Of a stretch of DNA of 32,000 bases, positions 1-7,286 are shown piece by piece. Origin of the DNA: Telmatocola sphagniphila (GTDB lineage Bacteria > Planctomycetota > Planctomycetia > Gemmatales > Gemmataceae). A program made the position numbers and the translations under genes. Numbering within the stretch: position 1 is the first letter of the stretch; the number at the start of each line of letters is the position of its first letter. Location of the stretch: assembly GCF_018398935.1 (NCBI RefSeq), contig NZ_CP074694.1, positions 1,230,001 to 1,262,000 on the forward strand, in the 5' to 3' direction. The notes below the pieces were generated by a model. That model ran no database searches and was not told the origin of the DNA. It saw nothing but the letters and a program-made list of their open reading frames with translations.

Positions 1-90
1 TGGATGCATTAGGCGTTTCGACGGCGTGTAAAGAGTGTTTCCGATTCGGCTAAATGAGTTACTGGCGCGGTAACACCAAGGATAGATGCT

Positions 91-1611
91 ATGAAAAGAA
101 TTAAATTGCAGCCGCTGGGTGAAGATTTGGTCATGCAGACCGGCACCACGGTGCTCTCTACTCTGTTAGCTAAGCAACTCAACGTCAAAATGTCCTGCGG
201 TGGGCGCGGCCTTTGCGCGACCTGTCGCGTGACCGTGGAGAAGGGGGGCGATAGTCTCTCCCCCATGGAAAACCGCGAAAAGAAAACGCTGTCGCTCGTA
301 CAGGGCAGTACGCCTTCCTGCCGGCTGGCCTGTCAATCCCGAATTTACGGTGACGGCGTCGTCGTGCAGTTACCCAAGGGTATGTACATCGAAAAGGCGG
401 AAGACCTTCTGAGCTTGTTGGGCACTCGCGCTCCCGAGAATATACTCCACCCGATCTTCGGTAACGTGCTTATCCCCAAAGACAAAATCATCACTCGTAC
501 GCTTTTCGAACAAACCAAACTTCTTGAAAAAGAAGTCGAAAGAGTCCGAAATGCAAAAACGGGCGGGGGCGATTCCGAAAGTCAGCTGAACTCCTCGACG
601 ATTGGCAACGGCCGATTCCTGGCCACCGGTTCGGGTATTGCTCCCGCCTCGATGCAGGATACATTCTCTTCGACGGTGCTGCGGGCAACCAGTATCAACC
701 CGATCAAAACCAAACCGAGTTATCTCAGCCCGAATATCCCACTCCCTCCGTCGACTAATCCGCGCAAGTTGGAACCAGGAGTTCAGATCGGCAAATTCCT
801 TCTGATCGAGCAGATCGGGCGCGGAGCATCCGGTCTGGTTTTCCGAGCTTCCAACTTGAAATTGAAGTCCATGGTGGCATTGAAGTTTCTGCATCCGGAT
901 GCCCAGCACGATCGCGAAGCCCGCATCGAGAGATTTCGCAATGAAGCTCATTTGCTGGCCCAGATCAATCACCCCAACATCGTGCGCGTGCTCGACTTTG
1001 AAGATAATCCGATCCTGCCATTCGTGGTGATGGAATACGTTGAAGGATTGAGCGGCTTGGATCTGCTGAAACAAAATCGGGTTTTACCCGTGGACCGCGC
1101 ATCGAATATCGTTCTACAAGCGGCCAAGGGGTTGCAGGCGGCTCACAAGCTGGGGATCATCCATCGCGACGTCAAACCCGGGAACCTGTTAGTTTCACGG
1201 GACGATACTACACGCATCCTGGATTTAGGGCTGGCATTGAAAATTGAAGGGGATGGCGAGAACCCTTCTGCCTCAGGCGAAGGTACCGCGGCCTACATGC
1301 CGCCCGAACAGCTCATAGATGGTTCCCAGATCGATCATCGATCCGATATCTACTCCCTGGGAGTGACCTTCTATCATCTGATCACAGGTAAGTTGCCTTA
1401 TACCGCTGCCAGCCGCAAAGAGATGTTTATGGAACATATGAGTTCCAATCCTCCGAAACCGTCCAAGGTCCGGCCGGAGATCCCCAACGATTTGTCCAAC
1501 TTTATTCTGGAAATGATGCACATGGATTTGGAAAATCGGCCCCAATCCTACGATTCGGTCATTGAACGACTGACCGAATACGCCACGGATAATCAGTTGG
1601 TGACAGCCTGA
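91..1611 (+). CDS. Hanks-type Ser/Thr protein kinase with N-terminal [2Fe-2S] ferredoxin-like domain
   Basis: ATG at 91, 506 aa. The N-terminus has the Fer2 pattern C36-GGRGL-C42-AT-C45...RLA-C81. The C-terminus has kinase motifs GRGASG, VALK, HRDVKPGNLL, DLG and YMPPE. Confidence 0.85.
   Translation: MKRIKLQPLGEDLVMQTGTTVLSTLLAKQLNVKMSCGGRGLCATCRVTVEKGGDSLSPMENREKKTLSLVQGSTPSCRLACQSRIYGDGVVVQLPKGMYIEKAEDLLSLLGTRAPENILHPIFGNVLIPKDKIITRTLFEQTKLLEKEVERVRNAKTGGGDSESQLNSSTIGNGRFLATGSGIAPASMQDTFSSTVLRATSINPIKTKPSYLSPNIPLPPSTNPRKLEPGVQIGKFLLIEQIGRGASGLVFRASNLKLKSMVALKFLHPDAQHDREARIERFRNEAHLLAQINHPNIVRVLDFEDNPILPFVVMEYVEGLSGLDLLKQNRVLPVDRASNIVLQAAKGLQAAHKLGIIHRDVKPGNLLVSRDDTTRILDLGLALKIEGDGENPSASGEGTAAYMPPEQLIDGSQIDHRSDIYSLGVTFYHLITGKLPYTAASRKEMFMEHMSSNPPKPSKVRPEIPNDLSNFILEMMHMDLENRPQSYDSVIERLTEYATDNQLVTA
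100..375 (+). other. Fer2-like [2Fe-2S] ferredoxin domain (aa 4-95 of the kinase)
   Basis: Sequence reads IKLQPLGEDL..MSCGGRGLCATCRVTVEKGG..SCRLACQSRIYGDGVVVQLP. This gives C-x5-C-x2-C-x35-C, ending in the typical LACQ...V.LP. Confidence 0.7.
796..1573 (+). other. Protein kinase catalytic domain (aa ~236-495)
   Basis: Glycine loop IGRGASGLVF, catalytic Lys in VALKFL, alphaC Glu in RFRNEAHLL, HRDVKPGNLL, DLGLA, and activation loop ending AAYMPPE. Confidence 0.85.
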
Positions 1612-1617
1612 ACCGAA

Positions 1618-2787
1618 CTAACGCTTGCCCAGCGATCGAATATCGAAATCCGCATCGTTCAGATGATTGCAGCGAAAATTCGAGAAGAGCATCGACTCGG
1701 CGTTTCGGCCGCCATTTTCCACGATGATGATTACGACCGGCAGATTTAAGCTGGGGCTGCCTTCATCAACATCGAAATAGTACTGTCGCTTGCCTCCCTT
1801 GGGCAATTCCTTATCCCCGGGGGGCACATGTTCTTCAATCAGGCGTAATGGCCCTTTGTGATCGTTTCGTTCGGTCATCCCCTTGTCGTGCAGTCTCGAA
1901 GCGAATGTCTGCTGATTCCACAAGGAGAGCAAATGACGCACGACGTACCCTGGTCCCGCATCCCGAATATCGTGTTTGGAGCGACTCTTGAGAGTCGGAT
2001 CGTCCGGAGGCATGCTCACTTGTTGAGGGCCTAATAAGGGAATGTCTCCCTTGGCCGTCAGCATTTGAATTTTGCCTTCGTATTTATTGGACACATACAG
2101 GATGTCGCGACCTTGAAACTGCTCGCCAATCCAGGTCATGTGAACGGAATATGGGCTTTGCTTATGGCGAAAGCGAACGACCTCGGTCGGTTGCTGGACG
2201 CCCTCCTTGATATCTCGCATGATCATCTTCGATTCGAGAGTATCGATCGACTTCAACCGATGGGAGGCGCTCGTCAGAAGAGTACCGATGTCGTTGACCG
2301 CGGGCTCAGTAGCACGAGGCAAATCGACGGAGCTGGCTCGTGCAATCGGCTTGGTTTCGAGACTATCGTTATTGCTTTGAGGACCCAGTTTGGGAACTTG
2401 GGGAGTTGTTGGTGCGGGATCCTGCAGGGTCGGCAATATCGGAGCCGGGCTAGATGTCGCCGGGGCCGGGCTTGATGCCGTGGGAACTGCCGGGGATGTC
2501 AGGCCAGGAGTGGTATCTGCAGGTGTGTTGAGGGGTTTCGGTAAGGGAGGAAGATTCTTATTAGCAGTTGGCGTTGTAGCCGCATTTGCATTCGCCTGAG
2601 GGGGTGTCGCCGTTGGATCGGGTGCTTTCCGAGGATCCGGCAACGGTTTGTAGGTATCCAAAGGCGTGGCGGGTGTCGAACTGATCGCGCTTCGTTTCGG
2701 AGAGGAAAAGCATCCGATAGGGAAAACGATTGTCGTTAAAACGAAGGTGAAGCAGATCCAGCGAGCCAGTCGATTTTTGCCATGCAT
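1618..2787 (-). CDS. Putative lipoprotein with a long Pro/Thr-rich linker and a conserved C-terminal globular domain (possibly DUF1571-like, from memory only)
   Basis: ATG at 2787, 389 aa. Signal peptide MHGKNRLARWICFTFVLTTIVFPIGC has a lipobox-like Cys26. About 100 aa of P/T/A-rich linker are followed by a ~240-aa non-repetitive domain. Confidence 0.7.
   Translation of the reverse strand: MHGKNRLARWICFTFVLTTIVFPIGCFSSPKRSAISSTPATPLDTYKPLPDPRKAPDPTATPPQANANAATTPTANKNLPPLPKPLNTPADTTPGLTSPAVPTASSPAPATSSPAPILPTLQDPAPTTPQVPKLGPQSNNDSLETKPIARASSVDLPRATEPAVNDIGTLLTSASHRLKSIDTLESKMIMRDIKEGVQQPTEVVRFRHKQSPYSVHMTWIGEQFQGRDILYVSNKYEGKIQMLTAKGDIPLLGPQQVSMPPDDPTLKSRSKHDIRDAGPGYVVRHLLSLWNQQTFASRLHDKGMTERNDHKGPLRLIEEHVPPGDKELPKGGKRQYYFDVDEGSPSLNLPVVIIIVENGGRNAESMLFSNFRCNHLNDADFDIRSLGKR
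2380..2679 (-). other. Low-complexity Pro/Thr/Ala-rich linker region (aa ~37-136 of the lipoprotein)
   Basis: Sequence reads TPATPLDTYKPLPDPRKAPDPTATPPQANANAATTPTANKNLPPLPKPLNTPADTTPGLTSPAVPTASSPAPATSSPAPILPTLQDPAPTTPQVP. Confidence 0.8.
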
Positions 2788-2862
2788 AATGGCCGCATCC
2801 TTGCGATTGAAAGAGCCGACACTTCGGCATTACAGGATGCGAACTTTAAACAATTTTTACTG

Positions 2863-2878
2863 AAACGCAATAGCGTTT
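2863..2878. other. Small hairpin AAACGC-aata-GCGTTT in the rpe-lipoprotein spacer
   Basis: Perfect 6-bp inverted repeat with a 4-nt loop, and T-rich on the + strand side. Function unknown. Confidence 0.25.
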
Positions 2879-2893
2879 TTAAAGTGCGGGATG

Positions 2894-2913
2894 CTGCCCG
2901 GAACTTCGGGCAG
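2894..2913 (-). other. GC-rich hairpin just downstream of the rpe stop (possible attenuator or processing site, not a canonical terminator)
   Basis: Perfect 7-bp stem CTGCCCG / CGGGCAG with loop GAACTT, 16 nt after the rpe stop. No U-tract follows it on the minus strand. Confidence 0.3.
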
Positions 2914-2928
2914 AATGTGGAAGCTGGG

Positions 2929-3597
2929 CTACTCGAGTTCTTCCGCTCGAATTCGGCCGAGTTGTTCCGTTGCTAATTTAGGGCCTTTGGGAGAACCAAA
3001 AATCGCTGTGCCCGCGACCAGAACATCGGCTCCGTGTCGAACGCACACCGGTGCGGTTTGAAGATCGACGCCCCCATCCACTTCGAGTTCACAGCGAGGA
3101 TTCAGTTTTTCGATGAGCTCTCGGAGTTTCTGGATTCGCTCCGGACTTTCCGGCAGGAATGACTGTCCTCCAAAACCCGGCCACACGGTCATGCACAGCG
3201 CCAGATCAATATCGGTGATGTAATCCTTCAGGACATCAACGGAAGTCCCGGGATTGATCGCCAGACCCACTTTTCGACCTCGGCCGCGGATCTCTTGGAT
3301 CAGCGGCAGAGGATCCGAGACAACTTCAAAGTGGACGATTAAAGTATCTGCGCCGGCTTGTAGAAAGGAATCCACGAATCGGGAAGGATTATCGACCATC
3401 AGATGCACTTCCAGTGGAAGCTTGGTGATCGGGCGCAGCCCTTTCACTACCACCGGACCCATACTCAGATTCGGAACGAAGTGGCCATCCATGACGTCGA
3501 CGTGAATTCGGTTTGCTCCTCCCAGGTCGACCTGATGAACGAGTTCACCCAACTTGGAAAAATCAGCCGCCAAGATGGATGGAGCAATGGAAATCAT
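2929..3597 (-). CDS. rpe: Ribulose-phosphate 3-epimerase
   Basis: 222 aa. MISIAPSILAADFSKLGE...IHVDVMDGHFVPNLSMGP is the classic Rpe N-terminus. The ATG at 3597 overlaps the upstream MFS stop (ATGA). Confidence 0.95.
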   Translation of the reverse strand: MISIAPSILAADFSKLGELVHQVDLGGANRIHVDVMDGHFVPNLSMGPVVVKGLRPITKLPLEVHLMVDNPSRFVDSFLQAGADTLIVHFEVVSDPLPLIQEIRGRGRKVGLAINPGTSVDVLKDYITDIDLALCMTVWPGFGGQSFLPESPERIQKLRELIEKLNPRCELEVDGGVDLQTAPVCVRHGADVLVAGTAIFGSPKGPKLATEQLGRIRAEELE

Positions 3598-4880
3598 ACC
3601 GTAACCTCAACAACTTCGGGGGGCACCGTTTGTTTTACAGGATGAGGCGTTACGGCACTACGCAAAATCCGAACGAGGCCGATACTCAGCATGGCCACAC
3701 CAGCAGACATAAATCCCACGGTGCCGTAGCCAATCAGTTCTTTCGTTGGGCCATCCGTTATGAATTGTCCGGAAACTACCGAGGCCAGACCCATTGTCAT
3801 ATGCTGCACGGCGGAATTCAAGCTCATGAAGGCCCCCCGTTCGTGCGGTTTAGCTACTCCGGTAATCAGCGCCTGGGCTGGCACCATTCGACCCGAAGTG
3901 AAGATCATGAAACAAGTGGTCACCAGGAAGATGGTGAACATGCCGACTTCGGGAAGATGAGTCAGAATCAGGCTCATGATGGCCGCACAAACTGCTACGA
4001 CATAGAAGACTTGCTTCTTACCGATTTTGTCGGAGAGCCGGCCAATGATATTCGTAGTAAACAGGGTGCAGCATCCCGCGATCAGATAGACGTACTTCAC
4101 CTGTTCTGGCGGCCGTTTGACGTTGTTCACCATGTAATCTGCGAGGAAAGGAATCACCAAAAATCCGCCCCCCACCACGGTAGCGCTAAACAGAAACGCT
4201 AGAAGGTAGTATTTGTTGCAGATCACATGACCGAACTGAATGAACGGATCAATTTTACCGGGAATGATATGGCCGCGCAGACTAGGAAACTTGACCATAA
4301 CCAGGCAAGTCAAGAGTAGCACCAGGACAGCCAGGGTGAGGAAAGGCGCCCCCATCCCAAATTCTTCCGATAGTTTGAGTCCAGTCGGGATGCCAATTAC
4401 CGAAGCTGCGGCAAATCCCGACATAATAATCCCCATTGCGGTACCACGCCTGGCATCGGCAAATAAGTCCCCGATGATTGTCATGACACATGAACCAAGT
4501 ACTCCGCCGAAAGCCCCAGCGGCAATTCGTGAGGCCAGCATTCGGCTATAGGTATCGGATAATCCGCACGCGGCGGTGCTTAGACTGAAGCCGAGCAAAA
4601 GTGTTACTAGAACAGCTTTTCGATCAAATCGGTCGATGATCGAGGCCGAAAGTATCGCCGCGATCGCAGCCGATACTCCGTACGCGGCTACCAGTTGGCT
4701 AAATTCCCCGGAGAGAATGTCAAACCGGACTTTGATCGTGGGAGCGAGAGGAATCATCAACACGAAGTCGATGATGTTCGCAAACTGAATTCCGGCCAAT
4801 ATTAAGAGAATTAGCCACTCGCCGCGGCTAAATTTAATCGACTTTGAAGACTGCATGAAGTGCCCAACGCTTTTTTTCAA
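3594..4880 (-). CDS. MFS transporter
   Basis: 428 aa from TTG 4880, with an alternative ATG at 4856 (MQSSKSIKF...). It has multiple hydrophobic helices and the MFS motif-A-like IIDRFDRKAVL. Confidence 0.85.
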   Translation of the reverse strand: MKKSVGHFMQSSKSIKFSRGEWLILLILAGIQFANIIDFVLMIPLAPTIKVRFDILSGEFSQLVAAYGVSAAIAAILSASIIDRFDRKAVLVTLLLGFSLSTAACGLSDTYSRMLASRIAAGAFGGVLGSCVMTIIGDLFADARRGTAMGIIMSGFAAASVIGIPTGLKLSEEFGMGAPFLTLAVLVLLLTCLVMVKFPSLRGHIIPGKIDPFIQFGHVICNKYYLLAFLFSATVVGGGFLVIPFLADYMVNNVKRPPEQVKYVYLIAGCCTLFTTNIIGRLSDKIGKKQVFYVVAVCAAIMSLILTHLPEVGMFTIFLVTTCFMIFTSGRMVPAQALITGVAKPHERGAFMSLNSAVQHMTMGLASVVSGQFITDGPTKELIGYGTVGFMSAGVAMLSIGLVRILRSAVTPHPVKQTVPPEVVEVTV

Positions 4881-5045
4881 ACTCTAATCGTAGTACCCAT
4901 CATAGAGAGTGATCTTTCAGTTCGTCCAAATGTTCAGGCACTTCTGAAAAAAAACTTTTCCGCTTTCGACCGGAACTGCCAATACCTTGAAATCGGTTAG
5001 CCAATTTAGCGACAATAGGGTATATCTTCGACTAGGCGGAATTTT

Positions 5046-7286
5046 ATGCTGCGACTGCTATTCCCGGTGGGACTGGTTATATCCCTTCTCGCGGCCATTC
5101 CCGCTTTGGTTTTACTGATTCTCGACGTGAGCGGACGCGAAGCGGAAACCAATGCCTGGCTCGAACAGAAAATTGGCGTCAGTCATCATTTTGCTTTATC
5201 GGATTGGGCCGCTTTTTTTCTAATTTCCCTTCCATTTTTGATTCTGATTTTCTATTTCCTGAAGCTGAAAAGAAATAGCTATCCAATTTCGAGTACGTTT
5301 CTTTGGAAAAAATCTGTTGAGGATCTGCATGTTAATCGCCTGTTGCAATGGCTGCGCCGAAATGTACTCCTGCTCCTGCAAATTTTGATCTCCCTTTTGC
5401 TGATTCTGGCCATTATGGGGCCGAGGCTTCACGGCATGGTCGGCGGAAACCGACACTACATCCTGATGGTCGATAATTCGGCCAGCATGAGTGCGACTGA
5501 TATTCAACCGAATCGACTGGAGTGGGCGAAAAGAGAAGCTTTGAAGGAAATAGACGCTTCTACCGATGGTGATTTCGGGATGGTTATCGTTTTCAACGCC
5601 ACCGCGGAGATTCGGCAGAGTTATACCTCAAATAGAACCCTCCTTCGAGCAGCGGTTGAGGCCATTCAGCCCACCCAGTGCCCAACGAAATTAGAGGAAG
5701 CCCTCAGTCTGGCCGAGAGTCTCGCAAATCCCGCCCGATCCACCGAAAATGAAGCAGTGCGGCCCGATAATCCAGAAAAAGGAAAGGAGCGGACGTACGC
5801 CGTTGTTGAGGGCATCGACACCCAGGTTCACCTTTTTTCAGATGGGCGTTTCGCCGATATCACCGATTTCTCGCTTGCTAATCTTCAGATGCAGTTGCAT
5901 GTGCCTGAACATTCCCCGATTGGATCGGGGGATAATATCGGTATCACGCGTTTCGATGTGCTTCGCTCCGAACTCGATCCCACCAAGATACAGGTCTTCC
6001 TGCGAGTCAACAATTTTCGCAATAAAGCGGCCAATGTATCGGTATCTGTGGATGTGCTCGCGGAAGGCAAAAGATTGATGAATTCCCGTCAGCGTACGAT
6101 CAATCTTCCCCCCCGGAAGTTAATTCCTCCTGAAGAAGAGGGGAAACAGGCAAAAGATATTCCCGGAGAGTCCACGTTAGAGTTGGAGTTTTCGAACATC
6201 GCCGAGAATGCCGATATCGTACTTCATGCGAAGTTGAACGACTGCAAAGATAGTTTTCCACTCGATGACGAGGCTTGGCTGGTCCTCGGAGTGGTTCGGA
6301 AGGCGAAAATATTGATCGCAGGACCCGGTAATCAGGTACTGCAATACTTCTTTGAGAGTAACGCTGTCAAAAAGCTGGCGGATGTCACATTTATCACACC
6401 CGCCCAGCTAAAGGATTCCGCCTCTTATCTCGATCCCGCCCTCAGTGGCGTCTACGATCTGGTCATTTTTGATCGATGTGCTCCTTCGACTGAAAACGAG
6501 ATGCCCCGAGCGCACACTCTGTTCATCGGCTATCCGCCGCCGCCCTGGAAAATCGATGGCAAAGGGGAGGATCGCCTGCTGGTGGAAAAAATCGAATTTC
6601 CTCAGGTGCGCGGTTGGAACGACCAGCATCCGGTGATGCGGGGCATTACCGGTTGGCATGAAATGGAATTGGCTGAGGCGTTGAGATTCGAAAAACTCCC
6701 TCCTAAAACGCCTGTTTTGATAGAGGGGGATCGCGAACTGGCTCTACTCTTCGCATTGTCTCGGGGATCTTACACCGATCTGGTTATGGCTTTTCCCCTG
6801 GAAACGCTCGATGGCAAGTGGAATACCCGTTGGTTTTTAAAGCCGGGATTTCCTCTGTTTTTCAGGAATCTCCTCTTGTTTATGGGTAACGTCCGGGATG
6901 CCAGCAGCGAAGAGACTATTAAGCCCGGTCAGGTGAAACTGATTCGACCAGGTGGTGGTGTTGCAGAAATTCAGGTGAAATCGCCTAAGGGAGAAATTGT
7001 TCGACTCGAGCGGGGCAATCGCAGTGATTTCAACTTCGGCAACACAGTAGAGCAGGGGGTTTACGAAATCACCTGGAAAGACCAGATTCGTCGCTTTGCA
7101 GTGAATCTTTTCGATCTGAACGAGAGCAATATCGAACCCCGGGATGCCATCCGAATTGGATCCGAGGACATCGCAGCTGGAGAAGCGCGCAAGCAACCCC
7201 GCGAACTTTGGCGCTGGGCGTTGCTGATAGGATTCGGCTTCGTGCTGATCGAATGGTTCATCTACAACAAGCGAATTGCTCTTTAG
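5046..7286 (+). CDS. BatA-like membrane protein with a von Willebrand factor A (VWA) domain
   Basis: ATG at 5046, 746 aa. BatA_N-like segment LPFLILIFYFLKLKRNSYPISSTFLW. VWA MIDAS motif in YILMVDNSASMSATD. C-terminal TM helix WRWALLIGFGFVLIEWFIY. Confidence 0.8.
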   Translation: MLRLLFPVGLVISLLAAIPALVLLILDVSGREAETNAWLEQKIGVSHHFALSDWAAFFLISLPFLILIFYFLKLKRNSYPISSTFLWKKSVEDLHVNRLLQWLRRNVLLLLQILISLLLILAIMGPRLHGMVGGNRHYILMVDNSASMSATDIQPNRLEWAKREALKEIDASTDGDFGMVIVFNATAEIRQSYTSNRTLLRAAVEAIQPTQCPTKLEEALSLAESLANPARSTENEAVRPDNPEKGKERTYAVVEGIDTQVHLFSDGRFADITDFSLANLQMQLHVPEHSPIGSGDNIGITRFDVLRSELDPTKIQVFLRVNNFRNKAANVSVSVDVLAEGKRLMNSRQRTINLPPRKLIPPEEEGKQAKDIPGESTLELEFSNIAENADIVLHAKLNDCKDSFPLDDEAWLVLGVVRKAKILIAGPGNQVLQYFFESNAVKKLADVTFITPAQLKDSASYLDPALSGVYDLVIFDRCAPSTENEMPRAHTLFIGYPPPPWKIDGKGEDRLLVEKIEFPQVRGWNDQHPVMRGITGWHEMELAEALRFEKLPPKTPVLIEGDRELALLFALSRGSYTDLVMAFPLETLDGKWNTRWFLKPGFPLFFRNLLLFMGNVRDASSEETIKPGQVKLIRPGGGVAEIQVKSPKGEIVRLERGNRSDFNFGNTVEQGVYEITWKDQIRRFAVNLFDLNESNIEPRDAIRIGSEDIAAGEARKQPRELWRWALLIGFGFVLIEWFIYNKRIAL

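Noticed and set aside
9-266. 85-aa minus-strand ORF at the window start
   Set aside because: It overlaps the ferredoxin domain coding region, its composition is shadow-like, and it has no supporting motif.
370-1074. 234-aa ORF antisense to the kinase gene
   Set aside because: It lies entirely inside a well-supported kinase CDS on the opposite strand. It is Arg/His/Gln-rich with no motifs, so it is a typical shadow ORF.
3513-4202. 229-aa + strand ORF
   Set aside because: It is antisense to the MFS transporter and rpe genes. Its His/Arg/Gly-rich translation lacks motifs.
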